Assembly (NCBI GenBank): GCA_015680685.1
Contig: MNCI01002624.1
Coordinates: 78,038 to 142,037 of the forward strand
Reading direction: 5' to 3'
DNA from: Gnetum montanum
Lineage: Eukaryota > Plantae > Gnetophyta
Length of the DNA stretch: 64,000 bases
The notes beneath the pieces are model-generated. The model had not been told where the DNA came from. It was given only the letters and a program-made list of their open reading frames with translations, and did not search any database. This document shows, one piece after another, positions 1-11,274 of the stretch (its first letter is position 1; the number at the start of each line of letters is the position of its first letter). The position numbers and the translations under genes are program-made.

Positions 1-120
1 AATACTCCAGTGATATTGGTATTGGAGATTTGTGTTCATTATTACTTGGATTTGGTAGAGGATTTTTGTTAATTTTAGATGGAACGTAATAAGAAATAGG
101 TGTAAGCTTTGAATAGAGAT

Positions 121-3100
121 ATGAAGAGCATTAAGTTTACCTTCCAGATGATGGTTGCTTGATTGGATGAAATCAGTGCAAAGGTAGATAGAAATGCTAG
201 TCCTAGCCATATCCAAACACATGGAGGCATTGAACATGCATGTTTAGATGAAGAACTTTTACAACCAAGTAGAGATAGAGTGGATGATAAGGAAGGATAA
301 TGTCACTATGGTAATGTAGGAATCCATCAACAAAGGATTCCAATGTTAGGAAATCCTATTCCTCATATAAATATTTTGAGGACTCCAATGGTAGTAACAA
401 CTACTTATTATAGTAAGCTTGATGAGAAAGATGAAGCAAGGCCTACAAGAGCATGTAGAAATGTTGCAAGACTTCCATACATGGAGTTGAAGACTTTTAA
501 TGGTGTATATGGTACAAATGCTTTTTCAAGTTGGTTGAAGGTACTTGAAAAATATTTTGAGTTAGAAGAGGCATCAAATAATATGAGGGTACCTATTGTT
601 GAGTCCAAATTAGAAGGTATGGCTCCTCCTTGGTGGGAAATGGAGTCTCAAAATTATAAAATACAAATCAATCAATCCATTAGAGATTGAAATTTGATTA
701 AATATAGGTTGAAAAGAAAATTTGAATAGTCTTTTTAGAGGAAAGAGATCATTATGAAGTTAAAATTTCTAAGGCAAGGTGACAAGGATGTTAAAGAATT
801 CTACACTAAATTTTGTGATCTGTTCCATCAAGTAAAGACAAACTGGGAGAAATATGAATAGGCTACAATATTTTTAGAAGGTCTCAAAATGATGTATTAG
901 TAATATTCATCTTTTTATGAGACACGAACTCTTGATGAGACTTATGATTTAGCATTCAATGTTGAGAAGAAATTAAGTGGATTCAGAAATAGGAGCAAAA
1001 CAACTTTCAAGAGGAAGGATAAGGGATCCAAATTAGAGAAGGGATGTAAGTCGAAATATGAAGATAAGGATGGTAGCTAAGATAAGAAGATAGAAAGGGA
1101 TGATAATAAGGAAAAAGCCAAGAAGGACCATGGCAAGGGAGGCAAAGATTATTGTAGTAATTTATCCAAGAGTCAGTGCCTCATGTGTGAAGAATGGAAA
1201 TATAAAAACTGAGAATGTTCACTTAACAAGGTAGCCAAAGGCAAAGATGTATAAACCATGGAGATGGAGGAGATATGAAGTCAAGCTCTTTAAAGAGGTA
1301 ATCATAATGCTCCAAAAATTGAGAAAGTTTCTAAATTAAATTCTTGTACATTCATGAGGAATATGAATAGAGGAGATCATCCTAATAGAAAATTGTTGTA
1401 TTGGATTGGGATTAGATGTTTACTTAGTGAGGAATGGATTCATGTTTTGATTGATGAAGGAGCTTAATAAAATATTATTTCTTCTAGGGTAGTTGCTAGA
1501 TTGGGTTTGATAACTAATCATCATCCTAGATGCTATAAAGTACAATGTTTTTCTAGAGATTTTTTGTAAGAGGTTAGGGAATAATGTACTTTCAAAATTT
1601 AAAATTGGAGGTATTCATGATGTTATGAAGTGTGATGTAATTGTAATAGATTATGCTAATGTAATTATTAGTGGACCTTGGAATTTTGACAATGGTGCTT
1701 AATTTTATGGAGTAAGAAATATGTGGAGTGTAGCTAGATATGATGAAATCCATGAGTTGATTCCTATGATGGCTAAACAAGTGAGGCAACAAAGATCACT
1801 TAATGTTTTCTTAATCCTTCTAGGAGAGAGGAAATGTATTAAGGAACATGATGAAACAAGTTTTGATTTTGTTTTTGTAACAACAATTACTACTAACCAT
1901 GATGATGTATTAGTTGAACTTCCTATAGGTGTGCTAGGATTGAAGGAAAAATTTCCCAAGGTGTTCAGAGAGAAATTGGATGTATTGCCATCAATGAGGA
2001 ATGTAAAACATTAGATTGATTTTATTTATAGTGCTACTATTTCAAATGAGAGAGCTTACTAGATGGCACAAAGTCCATGGGTTGAATTACAAAGATAAGT
2101 AGATAAGTTACTTGTAAATGGTTTCATGAGGAAATCCATTTCACTTTGTGTAGTTCTATTAGTACTAGTCCCAAAGAAAAATAACAATGAATGAAAGATA
2201 TGCATTGATTTCAAGGTAGTGAATAGGATAATAATGAGATACATGTTTCCTATTCAAAGGATGGATGATATCCTTGATGTCCTTACTAATGTTGGAATTT
2301 TTAGCAAAATTGATTTAAAGAGTGAATATCATTAAATTAGAATTATGTTTAGTGATTACTGGAAGACAATTTTCAAGATACTAGATGGATTTTTTGAATG
2401 GTTGGTGATGCCATTTGGACTCATGAATGCACCTGCTACATTCATAAAATTAATGCATTACGTATTGAAGGACTTAATTGTTAAGTGATGTATTGTCTTT
2501 TTTAACAATATTTTAGTGTATAGCTCTAATGAGGAAGAACACATGGATTACTTGAGGATGGTGTATCTTAAATTGGAGGAATAGTTGGTGATCAATGTGA
2601 AGAAAAGTCATTTCTTCAAGAGGGAAATCTTATTTGGGGCATGTCATTTCTAAAAACAAAATTTGGATGGAAGCTAACAAGGTGAAGGCTATTAGGGATT
2701 GGCCAACTCCTAATAATGTTGGGGAGGCAAGATCATGTATTATTTTAGTAGGTTTTTATAGATGGTTCATTTAATATTTTAGTGATATTTTGTGGCATAT
2801 GCTTGCTTTGTTGAAGGTATGGGTGATTTTGCTTCTTTGTATGAGCATGACATTCATTTTGGGTAGGTTTGGAGAAGCCTCAAAGAGCCATTAATGAGTG
2901 GGATAGATCAATGGAGGAACTATCATGTTCAAGATGAACTGTTATTTAAGAATGGAAAGGTAGATGTTCCTAATTATGGTTTTAGGAAAAATATCTTGTT
3001 TGAAAGGCATTATAATGGCATGGCCAATCACATGAATAGTGATCAAAAATTAGAACTTATGGGTAGGTACTATTTTTTACCTAGTATAGAAATTAAAGTT

Positions 3101-4250
3101 TTGAAATTTCTGAAGGAGTATTTGACTTATCAGAAGTTCAAAGAAAGTAAAGGAAATAATGGATACCATATGCCTTTTGCCAATTCCCAATAATTCATAA
3201 GAACATGTATCTATGGATTTTGTAAGTGGTATTTCAAAAAAAAAATGAAAATGATAAATTTTTATTATTGTTGATAGGTTCTCCAAGATGGCACACTTCA
3301 TTCTATGCAAGAAGGTAAGTGATGCTTCTCATTTTGCAAATTTGTTTTTCTAGCATGTTGTAAAGTTACATGGAATTCCTTTAAATATTATTAGTGATAG
3401 AAACTCTAAATTCACAAGTCACTTTTGGAGGCTCCTTTTGAAAATTTTAGGAATAAAGTTTAATTTTATAGTGAATATCATCTACAATCTAATGGTCAAA
3501 TAGAGGTGGTGAATAAATCCTTTCTAAAGATATTGAAATGTTTGTGTGATGGATAGAGAAACAAGTAGAAAAACTTGTTGTGTCATGATGAGTTTTCATA
3601 CAATAATAATTTTCATATTGCTATTGGTAAAAGCCCATTTGAGATGAACTATGGGTTTTGTCCAAATATTATGAACACTTTGAAGAGCTTTATTGGTGAA
3701 GCTCAACTTAGTGTTGATTTTGTGCAAGAGATTAGGGATCTCCATGCACAAGTTAAATCAATTATTTAGAGAAAGGTTAAAGAGAAAGTCTTGAAGATGA
3801 ATGAGAAAAGACAAAATTCAAATTTTGCTATTGATGACTTGGTTTGGATGCACTTGAAGAAGAAGTAATTAAGGGGTATTAACTTCTCCAAGTTGAAAGC
3901 CAAGAAGATGGGGCCTTTCAAAATCAAGGCCAAGATTAAGGATAATTCTTTTGATATTAGTTTACCAAAAAATGTTGGTATGTATTTTATGTTTAATATT
4001 TAGATCTTTTGTATTGTCATGGACTTGATAATGAGGAGACTATACAAGGTAGTAGTGAAGAGTTGAAAGGGACTAGTAATCATTCTAATCTTTCATTGGA
4101 TAAGAAGGTAATTTTACTCAAGTGGAGGAAAGCTTCTAGCATTCAGGGATTTAAGAGGCATGAGTACTTGATCTAGTGGAAGGATTAGTTCATGGATGAT
4201 ACTGTATAGATCCATGAGACAAAAATTTATAAGGGCTCACTTCAAGCCAT
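121..4250 (+). pseudogene. gag-pol pseudogene of the chromovirus-like element (RNase H region apparently deleted near 2790-2880)
   Basis: Ordered gag-PR-RT-INT-chromodomain motifs. The RT thumb region (GFYRWFI) runs almost directly into the integrase N-terminal zinc region (ORF 2894-3193). Confidence 0.8.
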
Positions 4251-4295
4251 ACTTCCTTGTTCACAAGACTTCACTTTTTAAAGGTTAAGAGAGTT

Positions 4296-5402
4296 TGTGT
4301 AGGAACATCTCTTTCGATCCTCTTGTTCTTCTCTACATGTGTGCTTTCTTACATTTCAGGCCCTATGGAGACATCTTGAAGATTTTAGAATCATCTTGTT
4401 TGAGACTCGGGATTTCAAAATAGACATCTTGAGAGACAAGAGATGTTTGGGCCAAGTTAGAAGATGACAAGAGATGTCTTGGATTTAGAGGATACACCTT
4501 GTCGGAATTGTAATCTTCTTTAGGATGATGTCTTGTAAAATAAGGAAACATCTCCAAAACATAGGAGACATCTCTAACATGAAGGAGATGTCTTTGACTC
4601 TTAGGAGATATCTCTCCTAAATGTTTATTTTTTCATAGATGACCTAAGAAGGATAATGATGACTTGTACAGCTAGGAAAAATTTTGGAATTAATCATTCC
4701 AAGTTGGAAAGTAGTTGGGAGAAGATGGAAAAATGTAGAAAAAACATGGAAACTCTAATTTGAGCTTATGGAAGGTTTCCTTAGGTTTTAATCTTATTTT
4801 TAATAAATACATTGGTTTTTTATGCTTGTACCATGGGGATATACAGAGACAAATTTCATAAATTTCTTATATTGAACTTGAGCAAGAGTGAGAGAGCACA
4901 TCAAGTGAGTGCATAGAGATTGAAATTCCAAGGTCATTTATGTTGGCCTATATGTTTTGGTCTTGCTTGTGAGTTGAGATCTCAGTTTTAGGTTGTGGAA
5001 GAGATTCTTCATTGGTTGTGTCTTGCATTGTGAACAATAACTGTGTGGTTGTATAGCTTCATGCTCTACAACATCATTTAACTTAATTAAGAGGGTTAGA
5101 TATTTTACAAGTTTTTGAAAACCTATTAGAATTTTCTCTTTTGAATAATTCAAGATAGTTAGGTTTTTATTATCTAGAAAAAAATTTATCTTTTCATAAT
5201 ATTTGAATTTAGGATTGGAAATTAATTTTAACATTGAAATGAAACTACTTCATAAAATGGAATAAAATTTCCAAAACCTTCATATCCTCATCCTTTCACT
5301 AGAATTCTTGTAAGGAGGATTTGAAACCTCTCCTTCTTGAGGATATCCTTAGTCAAGATTAACAGTTTTGACAATGAAGTTTTTGACTTATCCATTGCAT
5401 CA
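4296..5402 (+). repeat. Probable 3' LTR of the chromovirus-like element
   Basis: Purine-rich AAAGGTTAAGAGAG just upstream; starts TGTGTAGG and ends TGCATCA; internal GAGACATCT/AGATGTC repeats. Confidence 0.55.
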
Positions 5403-7254
5403 TGAATGATGCTTATGTAATTATTAAGTTCTCTTATTGCTAGATCCTTGTGAATGTTGTATGTGTTCCTATAGACAATTACATTATCATAATGATTCTA
5501 AAGACCCCTTTGAATTCTATCTTTTTTCAAAGGATCCTTGGTGTATTTCTTTCTCTTGTCCAATGTATGATAAGTTTTACAAATTGAGAAATCATGCTTT
5601 CTATTAAAAGTTACATTTGAATAATATTTGTTGAAATTATTTGATAACTAACATTTTCTAATTGGTGATAATCCCAAATTAGCTAAATTAGTATTAATAT
5701 AAATTTTTAGTAAAATGCATTACCTCATAGTCATAGATAATGTCTTATTGATTTAGATGTTCCATCCTTTATAACTTATCTACATTCGGATGGTGATTGG
5801 TTAGCCATATCATCACCCACTCTCTCAAGAATAGTTATTGCTACAATCTTGCTTAACTTAGGACCTTTCTTGTGTTTCCATAATTAAAAAATACATGTCC
5901 ATCCTTGAAATTACATAAGTGATTATGGAATGTACTACTTGGAATACCATGAATTATATGCTAATACTTCTTATAAATCATAATTCCAAAATATTTCATT
6001 GTCTTTACTATATGGTTTCCATTCTTAATGATAGGATTTGATTCAAACTCATGCATAATGTATGATATTTTTTCATTACAACTCATAGTGGATATCATTT
6101 TCCAAGCCCTCCCAATATCTCTCATAGTAATACTCTACATACAATTCCTCTTGTCGCAATTACCACACATGATAAATAGAAAATTATTAAAATGATAAGA
6201 GGATATGGTTTTAAATATTTCTTCATATTCTCTATTATCCATAATATTATCATTCCTCCTACTCTTTTAAGGTTTTTTGTCTATGAATGCATTGCATATA
6301 GGTTGCATCAACTTACTATTTATAGGATTAACAAACTCAATTTTCACCCATATATTTATCTTAGTAGGATTGGGAATACTACTCCTTGGAAGAGAAAAAA
6401 ATTGAGAATTCAAGATAGCATATACATGATCCTCCCTCTATACTATCGTTAATAGAATATCTTTGAAGAATAGATAACAGTCATGTCATTCTTCATCAAT
6501 TGATTCAATATATACATCAATTTCTTTATCAAATATATAAACAATAGAATAATCTATCTAGTCCTCTATATCAAATATAAACTCAATTTAATTTTTTCTT
6601 CATGAATATACCATAGTATCATCTATATGAGTTCTATAGATTATCCCTGTGGTAAGAAATCCATCTTTTATACGTTCATGCTTTATCAAAACCTTTCTTT
6701 TAAATAATTTTTCATGTCTCTTCTTTATATAATCTAATAAGGGATTCATATCCAATATATATAATTCTAGGTAAAATAATAGTGAAAACATGTTATTCAT
6801 TCATTAGACCATATAATTTATCTTGCATAATATGATTTCATAATAGAAAGTAAAGAAATTATATCATTTACAATATATCATACACAATTGATCAAATTCT
6901 CATATTTCATATATTAATGAATCCTTCTTCTTTTGTTAACTAGTATACAAGAACTCAATTATCACAATATCTAACATGATAAATTAATAAGTCACAAAGG
7001 TCAAACCCCAAGTGATATAGGTATAATAACATCAAGTTATAATCGAATATACGTCACATGAATCAAGGATTATGAGGGAGTTTCATGACCGAGAAACCTT
7101 ATATTATTTGTAATATCAATAATAAAAATGATCTATGAGTTATAATACTTATATTGATATCACATATATTAATAAGAGTAATAATATTAGAAATAATAAA
7201 ATCAAAACCTTATTAATGATAATACTCTCCTACATCAATACTCTGATGTTTCTC

Positions 7255-8480
7255 TTATATTTAGGTTTCTTGGATGAGAAGCCTCATATATCCTACATGA
7301 ATACCTAGATGAGTAACATTATATGGTTTACTATGACAAATATTGTTTCCTCAAATATTTTACAATCATATATTTAGGTTTCTAGGATAAGAAACATCAT
7401 ATATCCAACATGACTTTTCCTAGGTTACTTAGTCGTGCATTCTCATATAATATTTCTTAATTCTCATAGGTAGGTTACTTGGTCTAGCAACCTTATACAT
7501 TAAATCCTATTCCTGTCAAGTTCCTTGGCCAACCAATGTCATATGTTCTACGTAAACATTATTAGGTTTGTAGCCTAGGTAACATTATATATTTTACTTT
7601 AACATATGAGGTTGCTTGGATGAGTAACCTCATATTTTCTACATGAATACTTAGATAAGCAACATCATTTGTTTTATAATGACATACTGAGTTTTCTCAT
7701 ATACTTTACAATCACATATTTAGATTCCTATCACATGAAACATAATATAACCTACATAAATATTGATAGGTTGTTTGGTTTGGTAACCTCATATGATGAT
7801 GTTACTCAAATGAGAAACCTCATGTATCTTACATGGATACTTAGATAAGCAACATTATCTATTCTACAATGATATACTGAATTTGCTCATATACTTTAGA
7901 ATCATATATTTAGGTTCCTAGAACGAGAAACATCATATAGCCTATGTAAATATTCATAAGTTGCTTGGTTTGGAAACCACATATATTCTACATGAATACC
8001 CATATGAGCAACATCATATGTTCTATAATGACATAATAAGTTTGCTCATATACTTTACAATCATACATAGGTTGTTTAGTCAATCAACCTTATATATTAT
8101 ACATGAATAGTTATATGATCAATATGATATGTTGTACAATGACATACTAAGTTTACTCATATACTTTACAATAATATATTTAGGTTCCTATAACAAAAAA
8201 CATCATCTATCCTACATGAATTTTTATAGGTTGCTCAGTTGGGTAGCCTTATATACTATACATGAATATTGTAAGGTTTCTTAGACGAGTAATCTCATAT
8301 ATCTTACATGAATTTTATTGGGATGATTTACTAGGAAACATTATATATTTTACATTTATATATCTAGGTGGCTTAGATGGACAACCTTATATATTGTACA
8401 TAAATAATCTAAAGATTCATGGTCAGGTAACTTCTAATCTAAGGTTTCCTAGTTGAGTAACCTTATATATTTTACATTCA
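7255..8480. repeat. Degenerate minisatellite, ~37-40 bp subunits with a higher-order period
   Basis: Recurrent TAGGTT..CTTGG..GAG.AACCTCATAT..TCTACATGAATA; TTACAATCATATATTTAGGTT-like blocks near 7360, 7705, 7896, 8166. Confidence 0.8.
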
Positions 8481-8720
8481 TTTTACATAGTATTAAAATT
8501 TGAGATGTATGGATGCATTTTTATTCATGAATTTTTCAAATATATATGTAATAATAGTTGCACATAATTTTTTTTAGTAGTAAAAAAACTTTTATGACCT
8601 ATTACTTATATATATATATATGAATTACTATTGTACAAAAATGTTTTTTATAATAGAAAATATTATCCACATAGATATGTGATGTATCTAATTAGCCGAT
8701 AGGCCATTACTAGTGAGAAA

Positions 8721-8951
8721 TCGGTAACGCTAATATTTTGTACGTAACGCTGACTAGCTTTGACTTTCCCATGGCCCATTTCGGTAACACTCTTTTGTGC
8801 GCAACGTTGCTGACGTGTGATGCTGACGTGTGATGATGACGTGTAAAATTCCATATACGCTATTTCGGTAACACAACTTTGTGAATAACACTTATAATTA
8901 AAATTCGAATGGGCCATTTTGGTAACGTAGGTTTGTGCATTCTTATAAATA
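8721..8951 (+). promoter_or_regulatory. Putative Pol II promoter / subterminal repeat block of the Helitron-like element
   Basis: TCGGTAAC at 8721, 8781, 8865 (TTGGTAAC at 8919); TGACGTGT x3 with 13-bp period (8811, 8824, 8837); GGCCCA/TGGGCC site-II-like motifs (8773, 8910); TATAAATA at 8944-8951. Confidence 0.55.
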
Positions 8952-9394
8952 CAGGCTCAAGTTCTGCGCAGATGCAGATCTAGCATTCTAGCTAGAGACT
9001 GAAACCACGGGCAGATCAGAACAGGATCGAACGACGCGCGGATCAGAACAGGATCGAAGCGTGAATCCTGTTGATGTTCTGTATTTGACTTCACAAACCG
9101 AGATTGTTATACTCTGTCAATCATGAAAACCATATTTCTGTATGATGCTAAAGCCACTCAAACCCCTGAAATTGTTCGTATGTTCTGAAGAATATAACCG
9201 ATATTTCCGATAGGTTTCTGAGCTTCATTAAAACATTACCAGTCAGAAATTTGTGTTACCGATTACCAGTCAGAATATAATCACATAGGTTACCGAATTC
9301 TGAAATATCGGTAAAAACAGATATATACCATTTATAATTATCAGACATTGCAATTGAAATTTGTTGCGGTTGGGCAATGTACTGAACGAAGCAT

Positions 9395-9710
9395 ACACTA
9401 ATTCTAACTGTCTGCGCTTTTTTGTGGCAGTGACCTTTGCGTTAGTGTTGCCACCCATTATCCTGGGAGTGCGCACCAACAAACCTTCAACACTGTTGCC
9501 CGCCATCGCATTGTTGCTGGCCCCGTAATAGCAAATCTCCGCTGCCATGCTTCGTTCATGCTCGATCTGCTAGAACCCGTGGGACAAAAATAGAAAAATG
9601 AAAACGCAGACCTTCTTCCCCCTCAAAGCATAAATCAAATAATTCCTCTCATTCATCCATGGATTTATGGCCTGGACTTGTAGGCCAGTAGCAGCACTGA
9701 ACAATCAAAC
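9395..9710 (-). pseudogene. Putative captured host gene fragment: 5'UTR plus first ~50 codons resembling a clade-A PP2C (HAI/PP2CA-like) N-terminus
   Basis: Minus ORF from 9548 reads MAAEICYYGASNN...KVTATKKRRQLEL, recalling the MAEIC(C/Y)...RRRR(M/L)E(I/L) start of clade-A PP2Cs. It is a GC-richer island with a UTR-like leader. There is no catalytic domain; recognition is by eye only. Confidence 0.45.
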
Positions 9711-10104
9711 AAAATATAATCACATAGGTTACCTATGTGATATACATTCGTTCAGTAAGACAGACGCTGGCACGGAACTTGCTTTCAAAAAGGTTATAAT
9801 CACGTCGAGGATCAAACCCAGGTATTAATCATTATTATTTTTTTATGAAAGGTTGCATTGTCATGAAAGGTTGCATCTATTGCAAAACAAAAATATATAC
9901 GTTTAGAAAGGTTGCATCCTCATTTCAAAGGTTGCGTCGGTTAAAAATCATAAATACATCTCATTGGATGAACAGTTTGCATTGGATTGTTGGATTCGGG
10001 AGCGCCTACTGAAGCACAGTAAATCAGTAATGGGTACGAAACTTGCTCAGCTTAATATTTTAATATTTCGTGGAATTCTGTTTTCCAAATAATTTTAAAA
10101 AGGC

Positions 10105-10403
10105 AACTAATTTTTAATTTTAGGTTTGGGTTATATATAAAAAAATATTGGGTGCCTTACGTTTTTTTTAAAAAAAATAACTTATTTTTTATTTTTAAGT
10201 TTGGGTTTTATTTAAAATTTAATACAACCCACAATACTATATAAGGTTTTTTTTAAAAAAATAACTAATCTTTATTTTTATGTTTGGGTTATATTTTTTA
10301 AAAAATATTGGGTGCCTTACATTTTTTAAAAAAATAAATAATTTTTTATTTTTGGATTAGGGTTTTATTTAAAATTTAATACAACCCATAATACTATATA
10401 AGA
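10105..10403. repeat. ~158-bp tandem duplication inside RepHel intron 1
   Basis: AAAAATATTGGGTGCCTTAC and TTTATTTAAAATTTAATACAACCCA.AATACTATATAAG each occur twice ~158 bp apart. Confidence 0.85.
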
Positions 10404-10761
10404 ATTCTTATTCCTGTAAATACAGATCCTGCAGGTGATAGAGTGCGTGAGTTAAACCGAGCGAGACAACAACGTCTCAGAGATCGAAGAAGAGAAGCTC
10501 GGGAACGGGGAGATCCATTGGAGTTGCAAAGAATGGAACAACATCGCTTACGTCAAAGAACGCGTCGAGCAGAAATGCAGCAACAACAGGTGGAAGGAAG
10601 TGAGGTTTGTAGATGAAATTTTATTTTTGTTTTAGATGAAATTCATTAACTGTTTGATTTAATAAAGGTAAACATATTAGGTCACTTTGTATAATAATAT
10701 TTCACAGAATCGAAGAGATCATAGACAAGGACGAGGAAGAGGTCGTGGACGTGGACGTGGA

Positions 10762-11274
10762 CAAGGACGACAACGCATAGATGAACATGAAAATCACTTA
10801 GCAGTCATTCCTACTGATGAAAATGTTCATCAGCCTCGATTGCATCAAGAAGTTATTTCAGATATAGGACGTGGTCGTGGACGTGGTCGTGGTCGTGGAC
10901 GAGGTCATGGTGATTTGATGGTTGAAGATGAACAAGGATGACAACGCATAGATGAACATGAAAATCACTTAGCAGTCATTCCTACTGATGAAAATGTTCA
11001 TCAGCCTCGATTGCATCAAGAAGTTATTTCAGATATAGGACGTGGTCGTGGACGTGGTCGTGGTCGTGGACGAGGTCATGGTGATTTGATGGTTGAAGAT
11101 GAACAAGGATGACAACGCATAGATGAACATGAAAATCACTTAGCAGTCATTCCTACTGATGAAAATGTTCATCAGCCTCGATTGCATCAAGAAGTTATTT
11201 CAGATATAGGACGTGGTCGTGGACGTGGTCGTGGTCGTGGACGAGGTCATGGTGATTTGATGGTTGAAGATGAA
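10762..11274 (+). repeat. Three near-identical 171-bp (57-codon) coding tandem repeats with RGRGRG tracts
   Basis: CAACGCATAGATGAACATG starts at 10771, 10942 and 11113; the unit encodes QRIDEHENHLAVIPTDENVHQPRLHQEVISDIGRGRGRGRGRGRGHGDLMVEDE. Confidence 0.97.

Larger units (their letters stand above)
17..5402 (+). mobile_element. Degenerate Ty3/gypsy chromovirus-like LTR retrotransposon (5' LTR mostly outside the window)
   Basis: PBS-like TGGTATTGGAG at 17-27 (cf. tRNA-iMet PBS TGGTATCAGAG). Gag remnant LKTFNG..WLKVLEKYF (343-690); protease VLIDEGA (~1444); RT FSKIDLKSEY and [12 protein letters not shown] (~2300-2435); integrase [25 protein letters not shown] (~3210-3515); chromodomain-like EYLI*WKD (~4162). 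Many stops and frameshifts. Confidence 0.85.

Noticed and set aside
7255-8480. CRISPR-like periodic repeats
   Set aside because: Units are degenerate along their whole length with no unique spacers, there are no cas genes, and the context is eukaryotic.
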